Shown here: in pieces, positions 32,077 through 42,793 of the stretch
How positions within the stretch are numbered: the first letter of the stretch is position 1
How the letters are laid out: every line of letters starts with the position of its first letter
Source of the DNA: Moorena sp. SIOASIH
Lineage (GTDB): Bacteria; Cyanobacteriota; Cyanobacteriia; Cyanobacteriales; Coleofasciculaceae
Assembly: GCF_010671925.1 (NCBI RefSeq)
Contig: NZ_JAAHIH010000001.1
Coordinates: 933,053-997,052 of the forward strand
Length of the DNA stretch: 64,000 bases
Direction of reading: 5' to 3'
Notes under the pieces: generated by a model
Told to the model about the DNA's origin: nothing
Seen by the model: only the letters and a program-made list of their open reading frames with translations
Database searches by the model: none
Position numbers and translations under genes: made by a program

Positions 32077-34224
32077 ATGTCTTTAAGGAGGTTATTGGTG
32101 ACACTACAGCGTAAATCCCAGTTTCAAGAGTATTTAACCCCTGAGAGTACTAATGAGACTACTACTGAGATCTCGACTCAAAATCCTACAGATTATGGTG
32201 TTAATTTGATAGACTCATCCTGTTCTCCAATCCCTAACCATAACCAAAACCATAACCAAGATCACAAGACCTCTCAATCTTGGACAATTGAGAAAAGTGA
32301 GGAGCTTTATCAGATCCAAGGCTGGGGAGAACCCTACTTTGCCATTAACACTGCTGGTCATATCATGGTGTCCCCTAAAGGCAATGGGGGCGGCTCGTTG
32401 GATTTGTTGGAACTGGTAGAATCCCTTAAGCAGCGCAACTTGGGACTACCATTACTAATCCATTTTTCAGATATTTTGGCAGACCAGATAGAGCAATTAA
32501 ACGCCTGTTTTGCCCAAGCCATTAGTCGCTACAAATACCCTGGTCGTTACCAGGGAGTGTTTCCAGTTAAATGCAACCAGCATCGACATGTGGTAGAGGA
32601 TGTCGTGTATTTTGGTCAACCTTATCAATTTGGTTTAGAAGTCGGTTCTAAACCTGAATTGATGATTGCTCTAGCAACATTGCTCACTCCGGATTCCCTA
32701 ATTATTTGTAACGGCTACAAAGACCGGGAGTATCTTGAAACTGCCCTTTTAGCTAGGCGATTGGGACATAATCCGATAATTGTCCTAGAACAGCTAGAGG
32801 AAGTGCAGCTAATCATTGAGGTGGCGGCTTCGTTAGGAAGCATCAAACCAGTGCTGGGGGTGCGAGCCAAACTGAGTACACAAAGCATGGGTCGTTGGGG
32901 AAACTCTGTAGGAGATAAAGCTAAATTTGGTCTGAAAATTCCAGAAATACTCCAAGCCATTGACCAGCTACGGGAGGCTGGGATGCTTGATTCATTGCAG
33001 CTGTTGCACTTCCACATCGGCTCTCAAATCTCTGCCATTAGCGTGATTAAAGATGCTATTCGCGAAGCCAGCCAAATTTATGCTGAGCTGAAGGGATTAG
33101 GGGTGAATATGCAGTATCTAGATGTAGGTGGTGGCTTGGCAGTGGATTACGATGGCTCGAAAACCAACTTCCATGCCTCCAAAAACTACAACATGCAGAA
33201 CTATGCTAATGACATTGTGGCTGCGGTGAAGGAAGCTTGTGAGGAACATCAAATTCCAGCACCAACACTGATTAGTGAAAGTGGTCGTGCGATCGCATCC
33301 CATCAATCAGTCCTGATCTTTGATGTTTTGAGTACCAGTGATGTCGCATCTCAATCCCCTCCACTGACAACGGAACAAGACCATCTAATTATCCGAAATC
33401 TTTGGGAAACTTACTGTACTATCGACCTTGAAAACTACCAGGAAGCTTATCATGATGCCATCGAGCTTAACCAAGAAGCAAAAAGCCTGTTTAGTTTAGG
33501 CTATCTGAGCATTACTGAGCGGGCTCAAGCCGAGCAGCTTTATTGGGCGTGCTGTCAGAAGATTCGGGAAATTATCAGAACACAAGAGTATGTTCCTGAG
33601 GATCTAGCAGACCTCGAAACGATCATGGCATCAATTTACTATGTCAACCTATCAGTCTTCCAATCAGTCCCAGATTGCTGGGGAATTAACCAGCTATTTC
33701 CGATTATGCCCATCCATCGGCTGGATGAAGAACCAACTCAAAGGGGTATCCTGGCTGACCTTACCTGCGATAGTGATGGTAAAATAGACCAATTTATTAA
33801 CCTGCGGGATGTTAAATCGTTGCTGGAACTACATCCTTTGCGCAAAGCCAAGGAGCCGGGGACAATTTCCAATTCCAAATCCCAAATCCCAAATCCCAAA
33901 TCCAAAGAACCCTACTATTTGGGTTTCTTCCTAGTCGGTGCCTACCAAGAGATTATGGGGAATTTACACAATCTTTTTGGTGATAGTAATGCAGTTCACA
34001 TCAAATTAAGCCCCAGAGGGTATGAAATTGAACACGTGGTTAAGGGAGATACAATCACAGAAGTTTTGGGTTATGTGCAGTATGATACTGAAGATTTGGT
34101 GGAAGGTATGCGCCGTCGCACAGAACAGGCGTTGCAAGAAAAGCGAATTACTTTGGCAGAATCTCAACGGCTGCTGCAAAATTATGAGCGGAGTTTGAGT
34201 AGTTATACCTATTTTAGTTCTTAA
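32077..34224 (+). CDS. speA: Biosynthetic arginine decarboxylase
   Basis: PLP-fold blocks (FPVKCNQHRHVVEDVV, the HFHIGSQI lysine region, ESGRAIASH). N-terminal N/H/Q-rich extension. Short in-frame STRR insertion at 33868-33905. Confidence 0.88.
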   Translation: MSLRRLLVTLQRKSQFQEYLTPESTNETTTEISTQNPTDYGVNLIDSSCSPIPNHNQNHNQDHKTSQSWTIEKSEELYQIQGWGEPYFAINTAGHIMVSPKGNGGGSLDLLELVESLKQRNLGLPLLIHFSDILADQIEQLNACFAQAISRYKYPGRYQGVFPVKCNQHRHVVEDVVYFGQPYQFGLEVGSKPELMIALATLLTPDSLIICNGYKDREYLETALLARRLGHNPIIVLEQLEEVQLIIEVAASLGSIKPVLGVRAKLSTQSMGRWGNSVGDKAKFGLKIPEILQAIDQLREAGMLDSLQLLHFHIGSQISAISVIKDAIREASQIYAELKGLGVNMQYLDVGGGLAVDYDGSKTNFHASKNYNMQNYANDIVAAVKEACEEHQIPAPTLISESGRAIASHQSVLIFDVLSTSDVASQSPPLTTEQDHLIIRNLWETYCTIDLENYQEAYHDAIELNQEAKSLFSLGYLSITERAQAEQLYWACCQKIREIIRTQEYVPEDLADLETIMASIYYVNLSVFQSVPDCWGINQLFPIMPIHRLDEEPTQRGILADLTCDSDGKIDQFINLRDVKSLLELHPLRKAKEPGTISNSKSQIPNPKSKEPYYLGFFLVGAYQEIMGNLHNLFGDSNAVHIKLSPRGYEIEHVVKGDTITEVLGYVQYDTEDLVEGMRRRTEQALQEKRITLAESQRLLQNYERSLSSYTYFSS

Positions 34225-34503
34225 GCTCAGGACTTACCCAGTAACTTTAATTCTAGGGAATCCTAAAACTTATAGGGTTTGGTGCTCAGTTTTGGTGCTC
34301 AATTTTGGGTAAGTCCTGCTTAAGGAAAGGATTTCATTGTACTCGCTACAGTAAAACCGATGGATAATATGATTTATGGGAAAGACTTTTCCTAAGGTAA
34401 CCTATGCCATGAATCACGAACCATGAACCTTGACATTACAGAATGTTGATCAATAAGTTATAACGGTCGTTAAGCGCAAGTTTTCCCCAGTGATTTAACT
34501 AAC

Positions 34504-35613
34504 ATGCCCACCAAAGAAAATCGGTTTTTGCAAGGGCGTAAAATCGCTCCGAATCCGATTACCGCAGGAATCCCAATCACAGAGTTGATTGACCAGACGT
34601 TTCTAGCCTACAATTCCGGTCGGTTACGAGAAGCCTGCCAATTATTGGTAGAGCGGATGTTGCAGCCCAACGTAACGGTGGGTTTAAGTTTGACAGGAGC
34701 ATTAACCCCCGCAGGGTTAGGAATGGCTGCAGTGATTCCACTGATGGAGGCAGGGTTTGTCGATTGGATAGTATCTACGGGAGCCAATCTCTACCACGAC
34801 GCTCACTTTGGGATCGGATTGGAACTCCATCAAGGGCGGCACGATATTAGTGATGTGGTATTGCAGAAAGAAGGAGTTGTCCGGATCTATGACATTTTCT
34901 TCGATTATGACGTGCTGCTATCAACGGATAAGTTCTTTCGTCAGATCATTGAACAGCCTGAGTTTAAGGGTCGAATGGGAACGGCAGAGTTTCACTACCT
35001 CTGCGGTAAGTACATTGCTGCACGGGAGCAGACATTGGCACTGGAAAACCAATCCCTGCTGGCGGCAGCTTATCGATTAGGAGTCCCCATCTATACCTCC
35101 AGTCCTGGAGATAGTTCGATTGGGATGAATTTAGCAGCGCTAGGGTTGCAGGAAACCGGACCAATCATTGATGTGTCCTTGGATGTGAATGAAACGGCAG
35201 CAATTGTGCTGGCAGCTAAAAACAATGGCGGAGCCAGTGGGATTTGGATCTTGGGAGGTGGCTCGCCGAAAAATTTCATCTTGCAGACGGAACCGTATCT
35301 TCAAGAAGTCTTGGGTATTGATGAGAAGGGGCATGATTACTATCTTCAGGTAACTGATGCCCGTCCAGACACAGGGGGTTTGTCAGGAGCAACCCCATCA
35401 GAGGCGGTCTCTTGGTGCAAGCTTGATCCACAGAAGTTATCAGAAACAGTAGTGGTTTATTGCGACTCGACCATTGCTATGCCCCTACTGACAGCTTACT
35501 GCCTAGCTAAGGTAGCGCCTCGTCCTCTAAAACGCCTCTATGACCAACGGAAAGCTTTACTGGAGCAGTTGAAAAAGGCACATTTGGCTACCCAGGCTAC
35601 AGCAGTCAGGTGA
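34504..35613 (+). CDS. Deoxyhypusine-synthase-like protein (cyanobacterial SpeY-type homospermidine synthase candidate)
   Basis: DHS-family fold and length (369 aa). Positioned between speA and the agmatinase gene, as in the Anabaena polyamine cluster. Confidence 0.78.
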   Translation: MPTKENRFLQGRKIAPNPITAGIPITELIDQTFLAYNSGRLREACQLLVERMLQPNVTVGLSLTGALTPAGLGMAAVIPLMEAGFVDWIVSTGANLYHDAHFGIGLELHQGRHDISDVVLQKEGVVRIYDIFFDYDVLLSTDKFFRQIIEQPEFKGRMGTAEFHYLCGKYIAAREQTLALENQSLLAAAYRLGVPIYTSSPGDSSIGMNLAALGLQETGPIIDVSLDVNETAAIVLAAKNNGGASGIWILGGGSPKNFILQTEPYLQEVLGIDEKGHDYYLQVTDARPDTGGLSGATPSEAVSWCKLDPQKLSETVVVYCDSTIAMPLLTAYCLAKVAPRPLKRLYDQRKALLEQLKKAHLATQATAVR

Positions 35614-35743
35614 ATTAGGATTTATGGTAACAGCGGATCTCGGAACAGGGAACTTTAGGAAAGAGCGATGCATCACTACTCCCTACTCCCTACTCCCTAC
35701 TCCCTAAAACCTAGAACTTTTTACCTGACCCAATTGAGAACTG

Positions 35744-36784
35744 CTATAAACTATTCCTATACCTAGTCAAACAGGCAAGCTTGTACAAAATTCTAGCCCC
35801 AACATTGCCATCCCACTCATCCCCAGAGTCTCCGGGAGCAACTTCGCACAGATCAAAACCAATAATAGTTTTTCCAGCTTTGACTAGCGATCGCACTAAA
35901 TAAATTGCCTCGTTATATTCCAATCCTCCCGGTACAGGAGTACCTGTATTGGGACAATAAGAGGGGTTTAATCCGTCAATGTCAAAGCTAATATAAACTT
36001 TATTCGGTAAATTAGCAATAATTTCCTGGCACTGGGCTGCCCAGGTTATACCTTCGTAAGTGTTAGCTTTGAGCTGCCAGTCATCAAACACTACAATCCG
36101 GTGATCGCTATGAGCCCAAGACATTTCCTCTTCACAAACATCTCGGATGCCAACCTGAACTAAACGATTAATCTGAGGTAGGGTCAGGGCATTGTACATG
36201 ATCGAGGCATGGGAGTAAGTAAACCCTTCATAGGCTTGCCGGAGATCGGCATGGGCATCAATTTGTAAAATGCCGTATTCCTCGTGTTGCTGTGTTAGGG
36301 CTTGCATTAACCCAAGAGGAACACTGTGATCTCCACCGACGATGGCAACCAGCTTGCCTTGCTCCAGCAGTTCGAGTGCTTGAGTGTAAACCCAGTTGTT
36401 GAGTCCAGCACAGGCAGTATTAACGATGGCTAACTGTTTTGCGATCGCATCATCATCCACATTGCCACCAGCTTCTAAATACTGAATAATCCCTTTAGCT
36501 ATCAACCTCATGGCACGATTTTGGTCAAGGAGAGCTGAGTTAATCGGTATAGTCCCGCACCTGGTTTCCCAAGCTTGGGGTACATCAAAGTCGTACCAAT
36601 CTAACTGTACCGAAGCTTCTATTATTGCTTGGGGACCGTTTGCTGCGCCCTCTCGGTAAGATGTGGTCACGTCCCAAGGAACAGGCAGGAAAACGATTGA
36701 AGCCTCTTCAACCGAATAGGGCAAGCCAAAGAAGCAGCCATTGGGCACAGTAATCTCATTTGGATTAAAACTGGCTTGATTCAT
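35744..36784 (-). CDS. speB: Agmatinase (ureohydrolase/arginase family)
   Basis: Mn-binding motifs GGDHSV, DAHADL and SFDIDGLNP. Confidence 0.85.
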   Translation of the reverse strand: MNQASFNPNEITVPNGCFFGLPYSVEEASIVFLPVPWDVTTSYREGAANGPQAIIEASVQLDWYDFDVPQAWETRCGTIPINSALLDQNRAMRLIAKGIIQYLEAGGNVDDDAIAKQLAIVNTACAGLNNWVYTQALELLEQGKLVAIVGGDHSVPLGLMQALTQQHEEYGILQIDAHADLRQAYEGFTYSHASIMYNALTLPQINRLVQVGIRDVCEEEMSWAHSDHRIVVFDDWQLKANTYEGITWAAQCQEIIANLPNKVYISFDIDGLNPSYCPNTGTPVPGGLEYNEAIYLVRSLVKAGKTIIGFDLCEVAPGDSGDEWDGNVGARILYKLACLTRYRNSL

Positions 36785-36967
36785 TAGCCCTTGGTTAATT
36801 TTTCCTATTTTACCCGACCCTAGTCCCTACGGGAATCCTGGTATTAGGGATTAAGAATGCTTAGATTAGGCAAGCTTACATTAAGTACAAAAACCATTAA
36901 CCCAACCCCTAACGCCTAATCCCCAACCCTATTACCATCAAAACTAAATTGACAAATTATTAGCACT

Positions 36968-37231
36968 ATGGTATACATCAAAGAAATTCCCCTAGAACAA
37001 ATCCGCCGTCCCCTACCACGACAAAATGATCCAAACAAGGTGGCGGCGCTAATGGAATCAATTGCCAAAGAGGGTTTGCGCGAACCCATTGATGTGTTAG
37101 AAGTAGATGGGCAATACTATGGTTTTTCCGGTTGCCACCGTTACGAAGCACACCAGCGTTTAGGAAAAAAAACCATTAAATGCCGCGTTCGTCGCGCTCC
37201 TCGGTCGGTCTTAAAACGGCATTTAGCCTGA
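36968..37231 (+). CDS. srx: Sulfiredoxin (ParB-like nuclease fold)
   Basis: 87 aa. Catalytic signature FSGCHR. Confidence 0.7.
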   Translation: MVYIKEIPLEQIRRPLPRQNDPNKVAALMESIAKEGLREPIDVLEVDGQYYGFSGCHRYEAHQRLGKKTIKCRVRRAPRSVLKRHLA

Positions 37232-37365
37232 AAATTAGCAATTTTGGGACAAAAATAGGTTCATACCTTGGGTGAATTCCCAAGTAAACCCTAATTGCTT
37301 AAAGTTAAGGTGTTTAAAGCTTACGGTCACCACTAGTTTTTGCTAGGAACCTTGAGGAGAATACT

Positions 37366-37845
37366 ATGGCAACGATTGTACCTGTCAATATTGGTATCAA
37401 TGAACAAGACCGCAAAGAGATTGCTGAGGGACTGTCTCGTCTGCTAGCGGACACTTATACCCTATACCTGAAGACTCATGCCTTCCACTGGAATGTTACC
37501 GGACCAATGTTCAACTCCCTACACCTGATGTTTGAGCAACAGTACAATGAGTTGGCTTTAGCAGTGGATGCGGTAGCAGAGCGGATTCGTACCCTAGGCT
37601 ATCCTGCTCCTGGTAGCTACAGTCAGTATGCGGAATTATCCTCCATTCCAGAAACCAGCGATGTTCCGGAGGCTGAGGAAATGGTGCGCTTGCTAGTGGA
37701 AGGCAATGAGGCAGTGGTAAGAACTGCACGGTCTGTTTTCCCAGCCGCTGAACGTGCTAACGATGAGTCCACAGCTGACCTGTTGACCCAACGGATGAGC
37801 ATACACGAGAAAACGGCTTGGATGCTGCGCAGTATTTTAAAATAG
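37366..37845 (+). CDS. dps: Dps-family ferritin-like DNA-binding protein
   Basis: 159 aa. Ferroxidase-centre residues in the [25 protein letters not shown] block. Confidence 0.88.
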   Translation: MATIVPVNIGINEQDRKEIAEGLSRLLADTYTLYLKTHAFHWNVTGPMFNSLHLMFEQQYNELALAVDAVAERIRTLGYPAPGSYSQYAELSSIPETSDVPEAEEMVRLLVEGNEAVVRTARSVFPAAERANDESTADLLTQRMSIHEKTAWMLRSILK

Positions 37846-37974
37846 AAGTATTAAGTATGAAGGATAAAGGATGAAGTATTAGGTATTAATGATGAAGGAT
37901 GAAATAGTTCAACTTATCGGTTGTTCAACAACTGGTATATTTTGATCTATATGTATTCATCCCTCAAGATGTCA

Positions 37975-38008
37975 CTTTCATCCTTTATCTTTCATACTTC
38001 AGCCTTTA
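37975..38008. repeat. 34-bp dispersed repeat, copy 1 (TTTCATCCTTTATCTTTCATACTTCAGCCTTTAG)
   Basis: Near-identical copy at 43555-43589, in direct orientation. Degenerate inverted copy at 37862-37900. Confidence 0.85.
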
Positions 38009-38307
38009 GGTGAAGCCTTCAATAGTTATAAATTTTATTCCCAATAAATATAGCGCTATATTTAGCGGTTCTACACAATATCTCACTTTGCAACTGTTAA
38101 AGCAACTTATCCCTAAAAATTACCTTTCCCTAGCTGAATTATAAAAATGGTATTTGAGTAAAATAAAAAAATTTTGCTCGTTTGTAGAACTTCAGGATTT
38201 TTTCGATACAAGTAGCTAAGCGGGTTGTGGTACGGAACTTCATATATGAGTTTTAGCTGACAACCGCTGTCCAGAGAGCAAAACAGCTGATTTAAGGACA
38301 TTCCTCT

Positions 38308-39066
38308 ATGAATGAAAAGAAAAAGCCAGCATCCTCTGAGGAAAATAAGGATATCACTGAATCTACAACCGATGATAACATAAATGCTCAAGGTCTGAAA
38401 GCTCAGAACCTACCTTCTAGGAGCTTTGAGCAGAATCGTGCTCTGAGAAAGCTGATTTCAGACATTTCCCAACCTGGTTGGCTTAAAGTGTCTCCAAAAA
38501 ACCATGAATTACCCTTACCAAGGGAGATTTACCAAGAGGTTACTGAAGTAACCACACAAGAAATTAGTCTGAGACTTACTAGGAAGATTCAGAATAGGGA
38601 AATTGACCCCAACAAAGGAAGTGTAACACGTTATGTGAGATCTCTCAAAACTCACATAGTTAACCAGACTACAAACGATCACCTCGGCAACTATTCCTTT
38701 GTCAAGCAGGGAACAAAGAAATGGGTCAAAACAGTTTCTATCTATACACCAATTACCAATTCTGAGTCTGGTAACACTGACGAGTCTTGTGTGTTGTTAG
38801 ATATCCTCCCTTCTGAAACAGCTCCTCTGCTTTCCGAACAGATTGTGGATTGTATCAGGGAAGATCCAGAAGGACTTTTCATGTGCAGCCATATGCGGAA
38901 GCTTCCCAAAGCAAATTTTCGAGCAATTGCACTACTGAGGGTTGATGGTTATGAGTGGCAAGAAATTGCATACTACTTAGGTACTAAACTGAAAGCAACT
39001 GCTAAATTTCACGACCGTTGCCTTCGAGAATTTGCACCCAAAATCAGGGAGTACTTGCAGTCATGA
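38308..39066 (+). CDS. Hypothetical protein with a C-terminal sigma-70 region-4-like helix-turn-helix
   Basis: The C-terminal FRAIALLRVDGYEWQEIAYYLGTKLKATAKFHDRCLREF resembles sigma r4_2. No region 2 recognised. Confidence 0.4.
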   Translation: MNEKKKPASSEENKDITESTTDDNINAQGLKAQNLPSRSFEQNRALRKLISDISQPGWLKVSPKNHELPLPREIYQEVTEVTTQEISLRLTRKIQNREIDPNKGSVTRYVRSLKTHIVNQTTNDHLGNYSFVKQGTKKWVKTVSIYTPITNSESGNTDESCVLLDILPSETAPLLSEQIVDCIREDPEGLFMCSHMRKLPKANFRAIALLRVDGYEWQEIAYYLGTKLKATAKFHDRCLREFAPKIREYLQS

Positions 39067-39240
39067 CTAAATCAAAGGGGCAAATCAGCCCAACCTGACA
39101 GTAGAGGAATGGAATGACTTTGATAGTTCCCCTGGCAGATTGCATGGTGGTTCTAACGGGGGATTATTAATCCTTGAAAGCACATACTACCTGGTCTTGT
39201 CAGTGACTGATAAATGTGACTCAGACCCAGTAATTAAATT

Positions 39241-42200
39241 ATGGATGAACAATCTAGTAAAGCTTATTTAAAATTAATCAATGCTTTACTTACCTGCTCT
39301 AGTGGTAAAGAATCAGAAATTTTGAGAGCTAATCAAGAGTTGATAGATAAAAAATTGATACTCACAATGGTAATAGTGTCCGAAACACTTGCAGAACAGG
39401 GTGATCGTACAGCGGCTGATTGGTTGCAAAACCTAGCAGAGCAATTAGCTGAAGCGCTGGGAGGATTAGAGCAGTTTAAAAGTCAGACAAATAAAAAAAG
39501 TAACTCAGCAGCATTGTCTATTTCTGAAGTCTATGTTGAGTTTTTGATGGAGGTATTACAGGCGACTGCGGAGAGCCAGGGTAATCATCAGGTGGTCTAT
39601 CCATTACTACAAGCAAATCTGGACAAACTAGATGATAACTTAACTCAAATTTTGAGAGTCTGGTTTGAGGGAATACTATCGGAAAACCAGCCAGACCAGG
39701 CACAAAATATCGCCGTTATAGTTAGTGATTTCAGTAACTTGATTAAACAGTTTCCGCTAGGGAGTAGAGCAATCAATCTGGAGATTGCAATCACTGGATT
39801 TGAAATTGGATTAACGACCTTCACCCGCGAAGCCTTTCCAGAGGAGTGGGGCATAATCCAAAATAATCTGGGCAATGGATATAAAGACCGGATTTTGGGA
39901 AATAGAGCTGAGAATCTGGAGCAAGCCATTGCTTGCTATCAAAATGCTTTACGAGTATACACCTGTAATGAATTTCCACAGCTATGGGCTGCTACTCAAA
40001 ACAATTTAGCAAATGCCTATAGTGATCGCATTTACAAAGAAAGGACTGACAATTTGGAACAAGCCATTGGTTGCTATCAAAATGCTTTGCGGGTTTATAC
40101 TCGCGAGGCATTTCCTCAACAGTGGTCTACAATCAACAATAACTTAGGTGCGGTCTACAGCAAACGCATTCGCGGTGATCAAGCTGATAACCTGGAAATA
40201 GCACTCCAAGCCTACCATCGTGCTTTGGAAGTCCGCACTAGAGAGGCTTTTCCGATGGATTGGGCTGCGACTAAAAGTAATCTGGCAACTGCCTATAGCG
40301 ATCGCATTCGTGGAAACAGAGCTGACAATCTTGAACTTGCCATTGCCTGCTATCAAAATGCTCTAGAGGTTTATACTCGTTTAGCATTTCCCCAGGCTTG
40401 GGCAATGACCCAAAACAACCTAGCAGTTGCTTACCGGGAGCGTATTCGAGGTGACAAAGCAACAAACCTGGAAATGTCGATTCAGGCTTACTATAGTGCT
40501 TTGGAAGTCCGCACTAGAGAGGCTTTTCCAATTGATTGGGCTGCTACTCAAAGTAATCTGGCCATTGCCTATAGCGATCGCATTCGTGGAAACAGAGCTG
40601 ACAATCTTGAACTTGCTATTGCCTGCAGCCAAAGTGCCTTACAGGTTTACACCCGCGAGGCATTCCCAGAACAATGGGCTAGGACTCAGAGTAATTTAGC
40701 TACTGCTTATCGCGAGTTGGGACAGATTGCCAAGGCACTTACTTGCTATAAAAATGCTTTAGAGGTTTTTTTCCCTACAGCTTTTCCAGTAGACTGCCTT
40801 AGGGTTGGACGGAATTTAGGCGATACAGCTTTTGCTGCTGGCTTCTGGACAGAAGCCATTGAAGGGTATGATATTGCTATTGAAGCGGTCGAGCAAAGCC
40901 GTACCTGGGCTAGTACTGAGGCAAGGCGTGAAGAGATTCTCTCAGCAGCGATAGATGTTTACGGCAACATGGTGCAAGCCTGCATCAATAGCGAACAGTT
41001 TGACCGGGCTCTTGAATACGTCGAGCGCAGCAAAGCTCGTAACCTTGTGGAAATACTGGTCACTAAAAACCTTTACCCCAAAGGCAACATTCCCAAAACT
41101 GTCCTCAAAGAGCTAGATCGCCTGCGCCGGGAAATTGTCGGGGAACAGCGTAGGCTTAAGATCGAAGAAAGCATTAGATCTACAGATGGTAGTTTTGATC
41201 CCTCTATTGATATAAAGCAAAACCGCATTAAATTAGAGCAACTGATCAGACAACTAGATCAGTTAATCAAGCACGATATTCACCCCATCGATCCTGCCTT
41301 TAACTTTACTCAAAAAGTTGAACCAATCTCCTTTAAACAGATTCAGCAATTGCTGCCCGATCAGCAAACTGCTCTGATTGAGTGGTATGTCACAAGCGAG
41401 ACATTTTTAACTTTCATTATCACATCCAGCAGCCATATGCCCATGGTCTGGCAAGCCTCCCCAGAAGACCTACAAACCTTGTTAGATTGGACTAGTAGCT
41501 ATCTCAGTTCCTACTATGATAATAGGCAAAAATGGCGACATGAATTAGATGATCGTTTACGGCAACTTGCTGATCTTCTAAACCTCAACCATTTACTCTC
41601 TCTCATTCCCATAGACTGCGAGAGACTGATTTTAATCCCCCATCGCTTTCTCCATATGTTTCCCCTCCACGCCCTAGAGATAGCAGGTCAAAATGCAAAA
41701 GTCAACAGTCAGAATAGCGCTACTGAATTACTTAATAATTTGACTCTCGGAGAATCTCTGGCAATATCTACTCAGCTTAGGGAAGAAAATACCAAAAGAG
41801 AATTGCCTCTGGCAAAAGATGACATTGTTGAGCAAAAACGTCAAAATTGCCTGTTAGACCTCTACCCTGGTGGAGTAAGTTATGCTCCCAGCTGCAAGCT
41901 ATTGCAAACTGTAGAGGCAACACATACCTCACCTCAACAGCATAATTTTGATCGTCTGTTCACTGTCCAAAATCCCACTGATGACCTAGACTTCACTGAC
42001 CTTGAAGTAACCGCTATTAGTTCCTACTTTGACCATGCTTATATCTTGGCTAAACAAGCTGCTACTAAAGCTGCTACTAAAGAGGCATTGAATCAGGAAA
42101 ATGCTCTACAGAATGCTAACTGTGTTCACTTCTCTTGCCATGGTTACTTCAACTTAGCTTCACCTCTAGAATCAGGGCTTAGATTAGCAAATGATGAACA

Positions 42201-42642
42201 CTTAACTTTGGGGGAAATATTTGAATTTAACTTACCAAAATGCCGCTTGGTTACTCTCTCAGCTTGTGAGACAGGATTGACAGACATTACTAGTCTCAGT
42301 GACGAGTACACAAGTTTACCCAGTGGCTTTCTCTATGCAGGAAGTTCCAATGTCGTTAGCAGTCTCTGGGCAGTGAATGACCTTCCCACAACATTTCTGA
42401 TGATCAAGTTTTATGAAAATCTCAAACATAAAACATCAGCCAATATAGCACTCAGCCAAGCTCAACTTTGGCTCCGAGATACCACTCTCTACGAACTGGA
42501 GGAGTGGATTGAGCAGAGGCAGTTACCTTTTGATCACAAGTTAAGGAAACTTTGGTCGCAATGGTTTAATCAAGTTCAAGGTAGTGACAAACCTTTTGCA
42601 CACCCATTCTACTGGGCTGCTTTTACATGTCAAGGATTGTAA
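39241..42642 (+). CDS. TPR-repeat / CHAT-domain protein (1133 aa)
   Basis: About 10 tandem units of about 42 aa (REAFPxxWAxTQNNLAxAYxDRIRGxRAxNLExAIxxYQNALxVYT) encoded by near-identical DNA repeats. C-terminal CHAT with His in VHFSCHGYF and Cys in LSACETG. Confidence 0.85.
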   Translation: MDEQSSKAYLKLINALLTCSSGKESEILRANQELIDKKLILTMVIVSETLAEQGDRTAADWLQNLAEQLAEALGGLEQFKSQTNKKSNSAALSISEVYVEFLMEVLQATAESQGNHQVVYPLLQANLDKLDDNLTQILRVWFEGILSENQPDQAQNIAVIVSDFSNLIKQFPLGSRAINLEIAITGFEIGLTTFTREAFPEEWGIIQNNLGNGYKDRILGNRAENLEQAIACYQNALRVYTCNEFPQLWAATQNNLANAYSDRIYKERTDNLEQAIGCYQNALRVYTREAFPQQWSTINNNLGAVYSKRIRGDQADNLEIALQAYHRALEVRTREAFPMDWAATKSNLATAYSDRIRGNRADNLELAIACYQNALEVYTRLAFPQAWAMTQNNLAVAYRERIRGDKATNLEMSIQAYYSALEVRTREAFPIDWAATQSNLAIAYSDRIRGNRADNLELAIACSQSALQVYTREAFPEQWARTQSNLATAYRELGQIAKALTCYKNALEVFFPTAFPVDCLRVGRNLGDTAFAAGFWTEAIEGYDIAIEAVEQSRTWASTEARREEILSAAIDVYGNMVQACINSEQFDRALEYVERSKARNLVEILVTKNLYPKGNIPKTVLKELDRLRREIVGEQRRLKIEESIRSTDGSFDPSIDIKQNRIKLEQLIRQLDQLIKHDIHPIDPAFNFTQKVEPISFKQIQQLLPDQQTALIEWYVTSETFLTFIITSSSHMPMVWQASPEDLQTLLDWTSSYLSSYYDNRQKWRHELDDRLRQLADLLNLNHLLSLIPIDCERLILIPHRFLHMFPLHALEIAGQNAKVNSQNSATELLNNLTLGESLAISTQLREENTKRELPLAKDDIVEQKRQNCLLDLYPGGVSYAPSCKLLQTVEATHTSPQQHNFDRLFTVQNPTDDLDFTDLEVTAISSYFDHAYILAKQAATKAATKEALNQENALQNANCVHFSCHGYFNLASPLESGLRLANDEHLTLGEIFEFNLPKCRLVTLSACETGLTDITSLSDEYTSLPSGFLYAGSSNVVSSLWAVNDLPTTFLMIKFYENLKHKTSANIALSQAQLWLRDTTLYELEEWIEQRQLPFDHKLRKLWSQWFNQVQGSDKPFAHPFYWAAFTCQGL

Positions 42643-42793
42643 TTATTTTATCTATCACTTGTAGAATATCGGGATTATTTGCCTATACGTCATTGTAGGA
42701 ATATAGAGCAATTTTAATGATTAAAAAATATTGTTATAATAAAAATATAACAAATAATAATTATGAAAACTATAAAAAATAATAATAATAAAA

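Noticed and set aside
38113-38391. 92-aa ORF on the minus strand
   Set aside because: It overlaps the 5' end of the 38308 gene in AT-rich DNA and has no recognisable features.
39241-42642. TPR-CHAT as a type III-E CRISPR craspase (Csx29)
   Set aside because: There is no gRAMP/Cas7-11, Csx30/31 or CRISPR array nearby. TPR-CHAT proteins are abundant on their own in filamentous cyanobacteria.
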